Of a stretch of 51,629 nucleotides of DNA, positions 13,701-26,700 are shown piece after piece. The DNA is from Sphaeroforma arctica JP610 (Eukaryota): NCBI RefSeq assembly GCF_001186125.1, contig NW_014040397.1:78941-130569 (forward strand), read 5' to 3'. How positions within the stretch are numbered: position 1 is the stretch's first letter; each line of letters starts with the position of its first letter. The notes below the pieces were generated by a model, which was not told the origin of the DNA, searched no databases, and was given only the letters and a program-made list of their open reading frames with translations. The position numbers and the translations under genes are program-made.

Positions 13701-14059
13701 CGTATTCTTAACTATAAACATCACATCACATGTTTAATACTCATTCGTATTCGTCTTGCAATCTTAAACAGGACCCCGTATCGTTTGCCAGTTCCGTAGA
13801 GAAACTTCTGCGCATGCGCATCGATGTGCCCCTCTCCGCAGAGGTCGATGACGAGGTCGAGTTTGAGGACGACGAGGAGGAAGAGGTTGTTTCCGACTAC
13901 GACAGCAACAGCGATGAAGACGATGACGAGAGTATGGAAGAGATGATGGCTCGAATCAATAGTATGGAAGGTATGGAGGGCATGAAGATGATGAACGCAG
14001 AGGACTTTGCGGATGCCGGAGAGTTGGGCGACACGCAGAGTGAGCACGAGGAGTTGTAA
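10771..14059 (+). CDS. HSP90B1: Endoplasmin (GRP94, ER HSP90); exons 10771-10928, 11129-13202, 13772-14059
   Basis: Signal peptide MMNKGLLRLLLVALLALCVFASA. HSP90 signatures NKEIFLRELISNASDA, LGTIAKSGT, IGQFGVGFYS and DSDDLPLNVSRETLQQHK. C-terminal ER-retention tetrapeptide HEEL. Introns are GT-AG and phase-compatible. Confidence 0.97.
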
Positions 14060-17000
14060 GGTGGCGAGCTTCCTGTGTACGTATGCATATGTAGTACTGT
14101 GTAGTTGGAGATGAACGAGCCCTGACCGTGGAAAGGTTAGAGAGGATGGTATATGGTGTGTGCTGTGAGACGAAGCAGCACTGATTGCTGATTGCGGTAT
14201 CTATATATACATATCGGGATGGGTACTAGTTGAGTGTCACACACACACGAGAAGCGGAGCACAAGGTGCACATTCGTCTAAACAAAAGACTTCTGGCGCG
14301 TAGTAAATTCGCTCCGTGCACGAGAAACCCCCGAATATGACTTGTGCGGGAAATCGTGAGTGGAACAAAACAACAACAGCCACCAGGCACGACCAGGGCG
14401 GATTAAAAGCTTTGTGTGCGAAAATAGGCTGGAGATTGACTTCAAAAGAATAAAAGGAATCTTAAAAGTATTACTTACTGTCTATACATACAGTCTTCGC
14501 TATTGAAGAATCTATCGCTAGGCGTTGTTTTGAATCCTCTCTATTTGCCAGATAATTGGTATTAACCCATACGAGAGACCCTCGATAGTGCGAAGCCCAA
14601 GCATGGATGTGAAATACGTTATCAGTTATGGCGTGGTATAAATTGAAAGATAATGTGACAGAACACAGGTTTGTCGGGATCTTTTGTTCAGCCTTGTTCT
14701 ACACTCTTATTTAACTTCAAAGCAGGTAGAGAACAATCCTTTTTAAAAGAACAACGTACAAAGCCTTCTAAATGAAATAGAGGCTATGGAAAATTCATGC
14801 CTACTAAAATAGACAAAATTGTATAGATGTATTATAGATATATAAGGACGTCTAAAATAAGTGCTCATACAGAACCAATGTATTACATTTCGTTCAAAAG
14901 TTACAGCAGTTCGGTACATACATAGGGTCATGAGCGCAACTTTACCACGGGACGACTGTTCTATTGCGGCTGATATATTATCTCGTTAATTTCTTTAATG
15001 GCGTGATTTAGACCTATGCCAGTTCGTCCGGATTTTTTTAGATATTAATATGGCCGTCGCCAGAATAAATACCAGCAACAGCCACGATGGAGTTCTACGT
15101 TCTTTAAAGTGTGGCTCGAAATCAATTCGAAATAGGAATTTTCATTGCAGAATTTTGATTCCTTATAGTGCAGAGCAGAGGTCAATACGAGCAATCGCGC
15201 TTCAGTGCTCAAAGATTCAAATATGCATTCATATTCTACGGTGTTCGGAGAAAATCCAGTTGGTGCTTCTGACGAGAACAGCTCAGCTAGAACTGGAAAA
15301 GACAGGCAACTATAAGCCCACCCAGATAGACTGATACAAATGTATAACATAATGCTGTGCTGTACTACATACGATGTAGTACTCTTGAAAATTTATTTTC
15401 TTTTCTTTCGTCCCCCCACCCCATTGGTTGTGATACTATGTACTCAGTAAAGGCCTGTTGTGTGTTGCCTATTGAATTACCGATCTCGGCTTACAAAGTC
15501 TGTCGATGCAACTTATATCTGTCGGTCCCTTGAGGAATTTGGTGTGGCTCTGAGGAATTCGGGATGCGTGATAAATATCCGAAATGCATCCCTAAATCCC
15601 GATTTTCCGGCTTGAAAATCTAATGTTCTCATCTAAGTCGCCTCCGGTTAATCTGGGCTCTCAATCTCATCAGTATGAGCTTCAGTATTATAAATCCTAA
15701 TTTTTTTTTTGGGATTTTTTTGTGTACCCTTTCGGGATTGTGAATCAGCGCATAGTGGTATGTAGGTAATGTAACATTCTCGCGTTTCGCGAAATGTTAA
15801 TATGCAAGCACTGCAAATGCTGTTCTACGTGAAGGTAGTATAATGCATCTATAATAGCGGCTGTGTACACACACATCTATATAGCTTCTATCAAACACCC
15901 AATTAGAAGCTCCCCCAAGCGACCAACATGTTCTGAACTTCAGGATTATCGAGGCGAGTCAGTAAGGAAAGGGAGTGAGTGAACGCAATGGAAATAGAAT
16001 AAGTTTCGAGCAAGCGCCCACAACTCACACAACTGTCCAATAGCACACACAAACCCCTCACCTTACCGGGTGTTGACCCGATTCTCATGAATCGAGCTTA
16101 TCCCACATCCACATTCCGTTTCACATTCCAGAGAAAATCGGAAATATTCTTTTCCAATCCACAAGCCCAAGTCGGCGGCTGGCTTGGAATACTCATCCCT
16201 GTGCGACATTACATCCATCCTGTGAACACAATTCACGAACCCACACAAAACGAGTAAATCAGAAGTACACAGTTTACATGTACGAAAAACGGAAAGATAG
16301 CATAATTGGGTTCTCATTACACGACAACGACACAAAACACATACAATAATAACATTGGTATTTAAATTCATGTACGAAGATAGGAGCACACAATAACGAG
16401 TTTGATTTCTTCCACATTATCGCACATGCATGCGTACATAAAAGATACAGGTACATCGTTTATGTACCAAATATGGTCAAGAAATATACAGTAATCACAG
16501 CCGTCCACCCACGAGGGCATATAAATGTACGTATATACCAAATGTACGTTATATATACACATGCACGCACAATTGCAATTTGCATACAATTTAAAAACGG
16601 ATCATATATGCGTGAATTCGCATATAAATGTATACATACAGATCCAAGGATGTAGAAGTATACATTTACATACAAACATACAGAAACATATATATTCATA
16701 TGGATTTGTACATACATACAGGCACACCAATATATATTTACCGGTCATATTCCAACGTATACGTCGTTATACAAGAGAGGTTTCTTTGAAATAAACATCC
16801 GGAAGGAAATGACGAATGTAAATATTGCAACACACACATACATATATACATACACGTACAACAGACATACACGTACGATCGAATATTGTAATGCCATCCA
16901 CCATTGAAATGCGTATACATTCATGAGAGTGTATGAGCATTCAAAAATGACGCCCGGAATCGAGTTTGGTCGTTGTAGCACAAGTAATTCCAAATAGAAA

Positions 17001-17777
17001 TAAATATGCACATAAATGCATATATAGCATTATAAAGCAAACGCAGATAACACATAGTACGTAAAAAGTTCACAAGATCACGACCAATACACATAGGTAC
17101 CACAACCAGAAAAGAAACAGGGGAAAGAGAAAGAACGGGATGCCACAACCATCCCGTTGGGTTGTTGATGTCGGTTTAGAGTATAATCACGGACTGAACA
17201 TTTGCAGCATAGACGCTAAGTATGGTTTGAATGCGATACAAGAGCGTTCTAGTTGGGGGGCTCCGGTGGATTACGCGCAAGTGCATTGGTGGTCTAATGA
17301 CTTTGTAGTTACCGAACGATAAATAGCGCAAAATGAAACCGAACTCAGATACAGTCGAAGGGGAGGTGCATATGTGTCGCACGTCTTTGAGTTGACAAGG
17401 CAACGTATAGGTACCTTATGTGCGGGTGACAGGATGTACGGCCGCTACACACATTTCAATTCTTACGGAAGAGGATTCGAATTTGGAAGTAGGTATGCTA
17501 CTTTTCATTCTCCAAAGGACTTGTACGATGAACGCTGTACCACGCACACCAAACATGCAGCATATACAACACGACTCTGAAACATAGTATAAAATACATT
17601 TATATAAATAAATATAAGAAATACATATAAATATATACATACATACATACACATGTATATATATATAAATAGATATAGATATATATACATATGCATATAT
17701 CTAGAAGACAAAACTTTGCGCATGAATGAGAGATGATAGGCGAGAGGAAGGAGAAGGGAAATGGCGAGGCACCTTGA

Positions 17778-20700
17778 TCAGTCTCCGGAAACGCTCTCGG
17801 CACTGGTATCCGTGGGAGCTGTGGCCTTATCAGCATCTATCCGCGGTGCTTCATTATATTGATCCTCGTATTCTTGTGTGTTTGTACTTGACTTCGTAGT
17901 GGTGTCTGTGTCTATCCTGGTACTTCCAATAATCACACCCCGTGCTATAGCCGCACGCATGACATCGGTGATGGCTGCTTGGTGGTTGCTGCCGTGTGAG
18001 ATGGCGACAAAGTCTAGGTTCTCGAAATCTAACCAATCCTGCCACAGTGCGGCACACAAGGGCAGACTACCCACGCCTGAGTAGAAGGTATAAGTGATAC
18101 AGTTAGGGGTGGGTGGGTACGATACACTGTCTGTGTGTGAACCATGCCTGAGTAGAAGGTATAAGTGATACAATTAGGGGTGGGTGGGTACGATACACTG
18201 TCTGTGTGAACCATGCCCGAGTAGAAGGTATAAGTAATACAATGAGGGGTGGGTGGGTACGATATACTGTCGGCGTGACCCATGCCTGAGTAGAAGGTAT
18301 AAGTGATACAATTAGGGGAGAGTAGGTACGATATACACTGTGTGAACCATGCCAGAAGGTATAAGTGATACAATTAGGGGAGGGTGAATACGAAGGGTAT
18401 CGGCTGTATGGCGGTACAGTGTAGCAGTCTGTATGTACATATACATGCATGGACTACAAGAAGGGCACGATACATAACAATACAGACACAGTATCATACA
18501 CAAATCATGTAGAGCGCACATATACCCCATACTACACGGAGAATCATGGCAACTTCTTGGCGTATGTAAGTATGCCTACCTGCACTGTACAGCCATCTGG
18601 CTTCCTCAATCTTCTTCTCGTTAATCTCTAAAGCCGCAGCCATCCGCCAGGCTACAAAGAACTGGGGACAGGCGCGTACCAACCGCCCCAGAATATTATG
18701 TGCCTTCTGTACGGCGCCTGTTTATGAAAAAGTTATACGAGAGGTATATATCAATGACTGTCATGACAAGGCAATTGTTTCAGCCATGTACATATATACA
18801 TAAATTCATTTAATAGGATTTCAATACACATATATTACCATAATTGAAGACACAAGTATAGGGTACCGCAACGGACGGGCAAACATCAAACTTGACGACA
18901 AGCATATCGGACTATAAATGGTAATATATGTATTACAAATCAAGTTGGAGTACATATGCAACAGAGAACTCCACAAAAGAAAAAAGGGAAAAAAGGAGCT
19001 AGATATCTACAACGACGCGCAAGTATCTAGTCATACATAAAAGAAACTGTAAATATACGTACCTATACTGTACTGATAATACACTGCCTTGAGGGAGATG
19101 GATGGATTGTCGGGCTCCAAACGAAGAGTGCTTTCGAACACTAAGCTCCATCGATTCTCCGGTAGACAATTGAAGAAGTAATCTAGTACTTTCCCAGAGA
19201 ATCTGAATGTAGGTAGAAAGATGCGTGAGCATATACTTGGGCAGCAAATAATAACTGAAGCACTAAAGAGGACTCTTTTTAACGATAAATAAATAAACAA
19301 ATAAATCTGATTACAGTTATAGAGGGATAATAAAAATTCTTATATATGAGTTGATAGTTGGAACAGTTTTTGTTCCGTTCCCACAGGTTCGGTGGTCACA
19401 GCGATACGCGAGGGGTATTCTACAGAGGTTGCGGGTAGAAGATACATATAGTCAATCTCCCCGCCCAATACACTAGCATAGCCAATGATCACTGCAATGG
19501 ATGTAGCATGCGGTCTATCGCCGGTGATGGCTTTTCCCGAGCACAACCTGGAATTTATACATAAAAACAACAACACACATACGCACATACCATACATACA
19601 TACATATTCACACAGACAGATTCTCACTCTACCACGTAAACATAGTGAGATAGTCGATATATATACCTATAGTCCTTCTCCCGACCCAGCCCAATAGCAT
19701 ATCCATAGCTCGCTGCAATGGATGTAGCAAACGGTGTTATTGCTGGTGACGGGTTTCGGACACGGCATCTATTAAGAACATCCTGTATCTTGGACTGATA
19801 CACTGTTAGTTCGGTACACTCGAGGTCAGGAACTTCACGCCGTTTCTGCGTGTCGCAGAGATATTCGACGTAGTCTATGTACACCTGTGAGTGGAGGGAA
19901 TCCATAAATACGGCGATTAGTATATTTGTACTGAGTATGTATGAAAACATGTTTTCATCAGAACACCCACACGTGCCTACAAGCACGTCCGATCGTGGAA
20001 ATGGCCCATTTTTCACATGTCAATAAATATACATATATATATTTATAAATATATATACATACATATAAATACAGATACATACATATAAATACAATGAGAA
20101 AATAGCACATACCATATACACGTCTTCCTAGCTGAATTTCCTCAAATATACAGATACATAATATATATCGACATACATACATGTCCTGGCTGGTAGTGTC
20201 ATTTCATGTGACTCAGAATTCCCACACATACCTAGCGAGCAGGACCTGCACTCGCCAGTGAGCACGACAAAAACCACATCCCATCTCCACACCACCTTAC
20301 ACATACATAATTTATATCGACATACATACATGTCCTGGCTGGTAGTGCCATTTCATGTGATTCATAATTCACACACAGACCTAGCGAGCAGGACCTGCAC
20401 CCCGCCAGTGAGCAAGACAAAAACCACATCCCATCTCCACACCACCTTGCACAACACATGCATAGTTTTAATCAGCTCGAACATTGTCCAATCCCGTACT
20501 ATACCACGAATGCGATTACTCTTGATATACCTAAATACACATCCCAAATCTCTATACACACTACTCTAGATATACCTAAATACAAATCCCAAATCTCTAT
20601 ACACACTACTATTTATATGCTTAAAAACACATCCCAAATCTCTATACACACTACTCTTGCTATGCTCAAATACACATCTCAAATCTCTATACACACACCT

Positions 20701-23700
20701 GACGTGCTGGGCTCCCACTCTGCAGTGTGACCAACGCGAGATCGTACGCCACCTCAACGCCATCTTGCTCCACATATGCTTCCTCATTAAAAGCTCCGTT
20801 ACTCTCCGCACCCGTTGCCAACTGCAGGTACAGACAGTAACACTGCCACAGGGCTGCGTCCTGCCTACGCACACTCACAGACGAACTCGCCGCACAGTTC
20901 GGTACCAAGGTAGGCAGTTTGGTGTCATACGCGACAGGCAACCCCAGCAGGGTACGGTAGAGGGTGGCTACGTCCATGCATTTTCCCACAGTATCAGTGG
21001 TGATGGTCTGTGAGACCAGGATGTCTCTGTCATGGCTGTAGTGCACCCGCGCACACACGGTGAGCAGGGTGGAAGCTTTCTCCGCATCTCCACACGCCAG
21101 ACTCCACCGCACATACGCGTATAGCACCCGTGGCACGTCCGCTATAGACAGTGTGACCTCAGCAGAGTCTGTACCACTCTTGCTATCACCAGCACCAACC
21201 AGATCGCTAGTCTGAGCTTCCTGGGCTTGGGATGTTGAAGGGCAGTTCGGCACTGCTCCTCTTACTGGCAACTCGGCCAACCCCGTTCGCCCACACGCTA
21301 CGCCTATAACATAGTCAAGCAGGCCCGAGGTCTCCTGACAGGCCATACACAGGCGGATGTACACCATAACACCTCGTACGCGATCTTCGCTGGCGTGTAC
21401 TGTCTGTGTTCGCTCTGCTACGGTAGTAAACATACGGTTCAACATCTCCAACCCGTCCTTGAACAGCACCTGGTGCGATACCGGGGTTGCCGCGACGCCA
21501 CCGACCGCTCCACTGCTGTCAGTATCTGTGGCAATTTCAGACGCGCGTGTACTCGGATCGGCCAGGTGGACTATCAGCCACACTGCACTCAGGCACAGTA
21601 GAGTACCGAACCTTTCTGCAGCTATTTCTCCTACTTCACCATGATCCCTACGCCCGTGCAATACTGCCATGGCCGACCGGTAGTGGCCAATTAACGAGGA
21701 ATACGCCTGACGCAGCACGTTCACTGGTAGTCGAGACCACTCCAACACACTCTCACCCAACAGATCGGGCACGGGCGCATCCTGGGAGTCCATATACAGC
21801 GCCACAGGCACAGTATGGAACATTCGCACATGCAGGTAAGTCAGCCACAGCCGCGCAATGTTGCCCGGTCCTAGTCTGTCTGTGATCCCCGCAAAGACAA
21901 CGGAGCCCTGCTTAGGCACTATTCTTGTAGCTTGAGCTGGTGATGTGGTTTGTGTGTGAGTACGTACTCGAGCTTCCGTACCCGTCTTCACATGCGGGTA
22001 TGCACGTTCAGAACCAGGCGTAAGCATGCTCTCGCACAGATCGATGGCGGTGGCACGCCGGCCTGTTAACAGATGCAGATGTACGGCATACACCGCAAAC
22101 CGCAGCAGACTATCCTCCAACTCCTCCACATTCACAGCCGCATGATGTCCAGAGCCACCCGCGTATCCATCCGATCCCTGTTCCGTATCAGTGTCTGGGC
22201 TTGGGGATGTCGTCTGTTCTGTCTCCGGGTCCAGGTCCATGTCTGTACCGCTACTCTCGCCCTCTTCCGAGCCTTCTCCATTTTGCGCAAAGACCCCCTC
22301 CAAGGCCCCCTGCGCCGCACTATTAACATCGCTGTCGTCATCGCTTGTGGAACCGTCCTCGCCATCGGTGGAGCACATATACTCGTGATCATCCACCTTC
22401 ATGGCATCTGCAGTGTCCGGGTTCTCATCTATTGGACCCCTTTCGCGTGTTCGTAGCTGCGCTTCGAGCCCAGCTTTTCGGGTTTGTGCGTGTATCTTCT
22501 TGGCACGGGCCTGTTCTGCGAGTGCCCTTATATTCTGCGATTTGGAACGCGTGCTGGCGATAACCAGATTCGGGTCTTGTCTCCGCTGTTCTGTCGTGAG
22601 TGGGGTTCGGGTAGTCGCTATTGAACCCGATTTTGATTCTGAATTTCGCTTTATATTCGACCCTCGGTTTTTAGCAGCGGTTGAGCTTGCCCGCGTTTCC
22701 AGCTTCTCATCGAGGCAGCCCTAGTGGTAGAAATGTGCGAACACTGATATGTTACGGAATCATATACCGCCTAGTAATCTAGAAATGTGCTGGTAAAACA
22801 TGCATTAAGATTCACATCGTATTACCCATACAAAAAGATTTTACATATAAACCCATGTTTAAAAATGCTTTCATATACTCACCTGGATAGCTTCATATGC
22901 GCGGCAAACAGTCTTGTACATCTCCGAGTACGAGCTATCAAAGTGTATCAGGTGCCACCACAGCTTGAAGCTCCAAGGCACTAGCCTGACAGCATCTGCA
23001 TACACCTCAGCGATATCATCTTCCTCATCAACGTGTTCTTCGTACAAGGTCAGATACTCGATCCAGAGACTCTCGCTATCTCGGTTCAGTTCCAGGCCAC
23101 GTGAGAGCACGTGTAAGGATATCCTCGCGGACTGTTTCTCGCGCTGCTCCACGGTTGCCATGGAAACGGTATCGTTCAGTGCAGTGTTGGCGGCGTCTTT
23201 CGCAAACTCGATCCACAGAGATGTGTCACGTGGGTGTTTCTTCAGAATGGCTTCAAAATCACGTTTTACACCTACAACGATGGATACATCCATATGACGC
23301 GTATGACGGTGGAAGTATAAGTTTAAACGGCGTACAGAGTACTATATAAGCAGAGAATATTTCAGACGCGGAATTCCAATCCACTTGACTACACACCTGA
23401 GTTGGCAGAGTCCCAATACCGAACTATCTCTTTATCGTCTGTGTTGTCGCGCCTTGCGTTGCCCTTGAGCGTGTGCCCGATCTTCATCGTTGCCTTCGCA
23501 TCCTCAATGCGAGCCTCCAGTGCGTCTATGCTGACCTCTCGAGGGTCTAGGCGCTTTGGCTGATGGGTTATAATAGCATACATCAGAAACACGGCCAATA
23601 ATAAGCCTTGCACACCACATATAGCCCTCAATCCCATTTGTAGCCAAGAAACAGGTCGTGTATTTTTAGATGTAAAACTAGCTTCCAACCACTAATCACA

Positions 23701-26700
23701 TATCGTGGGCATGGTGTAGGTAGAAGCAATTCCCTAATAATAATAACGAAAAGGTGTTCACGGAAAAAATAAACATGACTGAGCGTACACTTCATGTGCA
23801 TATCCACGAGTCTAACCATACGTTCTAATCGGATCACACAGAGCCACTTACCGGTGCAAGGGCATGCTGAGTGCTCGTAGGTGTCCACTTCCTCGGGGCT
23901 GCCGCAACATACTTTGGACCACCACGTGCCGCATTTTCCTTCGAATTATTCACTTCGGATACCAACATCAACTGCAACTCCTTATCGCCCAGCGTGGGGT
24001 ATTTGCTACGCAGTTTTCCTACACGCTCGGCTATTTGATCCTGGCCGTCTAACTCATCTCCCGCGTAGGAGGCAATGTCTTGCAATAAATCGGCCTCGGA
24101 AAGGGTGTAATCCTTGACGTGTTGGGCTCTGCAAGTGCTGGAGCGGCACACTTTGCCCTCCAGTTCTTTCATACAGAACATCTTCATTGGATCGATTTTG
24201 TGGCTGTGCAACGAGATAGATTCATAGAAGATTGTCAGGCAAAGTATGTATAGAACAAACTGGAGTTCGGTGTCGAACGTATAAAACGGCACATTGATAA
24301 ATTAAATTTGAGTTTTACCACTGAGTTTGAACATCGCAAAATGAAACGACAGATCGAGATATCACACTATACGTTGTAGTCTAATCAAATCCAAGGTAAC
24401 ACAGCATCGACTCCATGAAGCGCTCAAGTAGTCCTCACCTGTAGGTGTTCGAGGCGATGCTCAAATTCGCTTTCGTGCGATAAAACGGGACGAAGCGGTA
24501 TGACTTAAACATCCTGAGCGGGCTCTCATACATGCCACTTGTGTCAGCACCCCACTGATCCGGCTGACTGTCCGGTACCTCGTTGGATTCAACTTGGTTT
24601 GCTAACAACGTAAACCGGTTGTTAAGATCATTCACGGGTCGTCCGGGCTTGGCGGTGGCGCCTGGATATTAATCCGACATACAGAGCCGTTGAGGATGAA
24701 CGTCCGTTCAAAATTATGCAGATATGCTAATGTACGTACACAGTTTGCGTGTAAGCTGGCGTGTTTAAAAGACTACATGTATCAACAGAAAGCAAATGGA
24801 CTTTCTGTAGCAGGTATTCTCAATGTAATACAATTATTCATGCCAATTGAGGTATGGATTTAGACCCACCTCAACAGGTTAAATCAGATAAACCTGCACC
24901 CATAAAGATATATTCCGAAATACACGACTGCAATAGCAAGACACCAATAAGAAACCACTCGTACCTGGCTGTCTCCCGACTATTCCATTACGCACTTTCG
25001 ATGCAGGTATGATCACCTTCGGCGTATCCGTTCCCATTTTGCCATGCGGTTTAGAACCGGTGGACCTTTTCGATACAGGTTTGTTATAATCCCGTTGCGC
25101 TTGCCCCTGTAGTTTTATAGTGTCAATAATCCACGCGTTCGAGGCACCTAACGCCGCTCTAAAAGGCAATACCCACGTACGACGCGGTACTGTTAGGGTA
25201 CCCTGGTCCACTGCACCTCGTTCCCTGACATTAGTGCCGGTGCTCTCCATTTGCACTTTGTCAGGCTCGCCTGAATGCTTCTGGGACTGTTGACCTGCAC
25301 CAGCCCCGGGCGATGGCCGGGGAGCGGTTGCCATGGCAACACTCGACCCGCTGTCAGAGGCGGCGGCAGTAATCGCAAGAGGAGAGGACACAACCCGCTT
25401 TGCATCGAGACTTTCGAGATCTTTAGTCGCTTGTACGCGAAGGGCTGCTATCTCCGCGTCGGTGGCTGTATCGTCATATACAGTACTTGAGGCCCTGATA
25501 GTAGATAGTGGTAAGTGGGGAAGGTGATATTATGTGAATAGGGCGAATGACTTGCCAATTGACTGTTTAAAACCCTGTGGTACAACTCACGCCCGATATA
25601 TTCAGTTCAAATTTTTCCAGCGTACTTCTTTGTATGTGCATATCCTAACCACACACGGCTAGTGCACATGTACATACCCACTCTTCAGCGCCAATGTCGC
25701 TCGTCGGCTATTGACCAGAGAATCAAGCAGCTTAACTCGGGACATATACAAAGCACCGGTCCTTTTTTTGCACTCGAGGGTTTCCAATTCGTGCTTCCTC
25801 GCTGAATCCACTATGACTTCCTTTGCCTGTCGGAGCTTGGTCTCGTTTTCTGCCAGCGCACTTTCGGTCTCGGCTAGGGCTGCCTTGAGTTCGGCCACGC
25901 GTTTCCGTTGTAGTTGACACGTGCTGTGGACATAAGTGTGTTACGAAGAGTTAAGCGAAGAATAACAACATCCATATACACAGGTTAGCGTCTTGACTTC
26001 AGAGAAAACAGGGGTGGATTTTGGGTGCTATGATAGCACAAAACTGTGATTGCTAGAAATGTGATAAAGTATCGTATATTGATACGACTGTATACTAGAA
26101 ATAGCTAATAAATACACAATGTAGTTGACGAGGAGTTGTAATGATACTCTGGGACAGTAAAAATGCTTTGGAAAATAAACGCAAACTTACGAGCGACTAC
26201 ACACTAATAAACGGAGAGCCGACAGGGGCAGATATATACATATACATAAGTACGTATTTGCGTTGCCATTAAAAAAAAATCAGAGAGATTATACAGATAT
26301 TGTGAGAGTTTTGTAAGCGTGCCACAATGATACAACAACGCGACACCAGAGAGGTGCAGGGGCACATCTTCACACACACACCTCAATACGGTATCTCGGA
26401 TAGTACTCGCAGTTTTCTGCTTGGCGTGTACTGTCTCTATAACCACTCTGGACGCATTCACGAGAGCCTCGTGCTCCCTCACAGTTTCACGTTGTTGCAT
26501 AATAACCTCGTGCGTGGTATTCTGTACGGTTGTAGATACAGGCACGGGCACATCCAGAGGCAGCCCATTGGAAGTTGTGCTGGGTGCAGAAGTCGAGCCT
26601 TGCACAGCGACAGCTGTTGTGGTTGCAACTGCATTTGCTGGTTCTGAGATAGAGGGTGGCGCCGGTGAGGTGTCCAGCCTAATCCTCTTATCCCGATGCT

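Noticed and set aside
15045..15350. Overlapping 101-aa (-) and 94-aa (+) ORFs
   Set aside because: No recognisable domain or convincing gene structure.
18076..20697. Regularly spaced repeats superficially like a CRISPR array
   Set aside because: Units are contiguous tandem copies without unique spacers, inside eukaryotic introns, with no cas genes.
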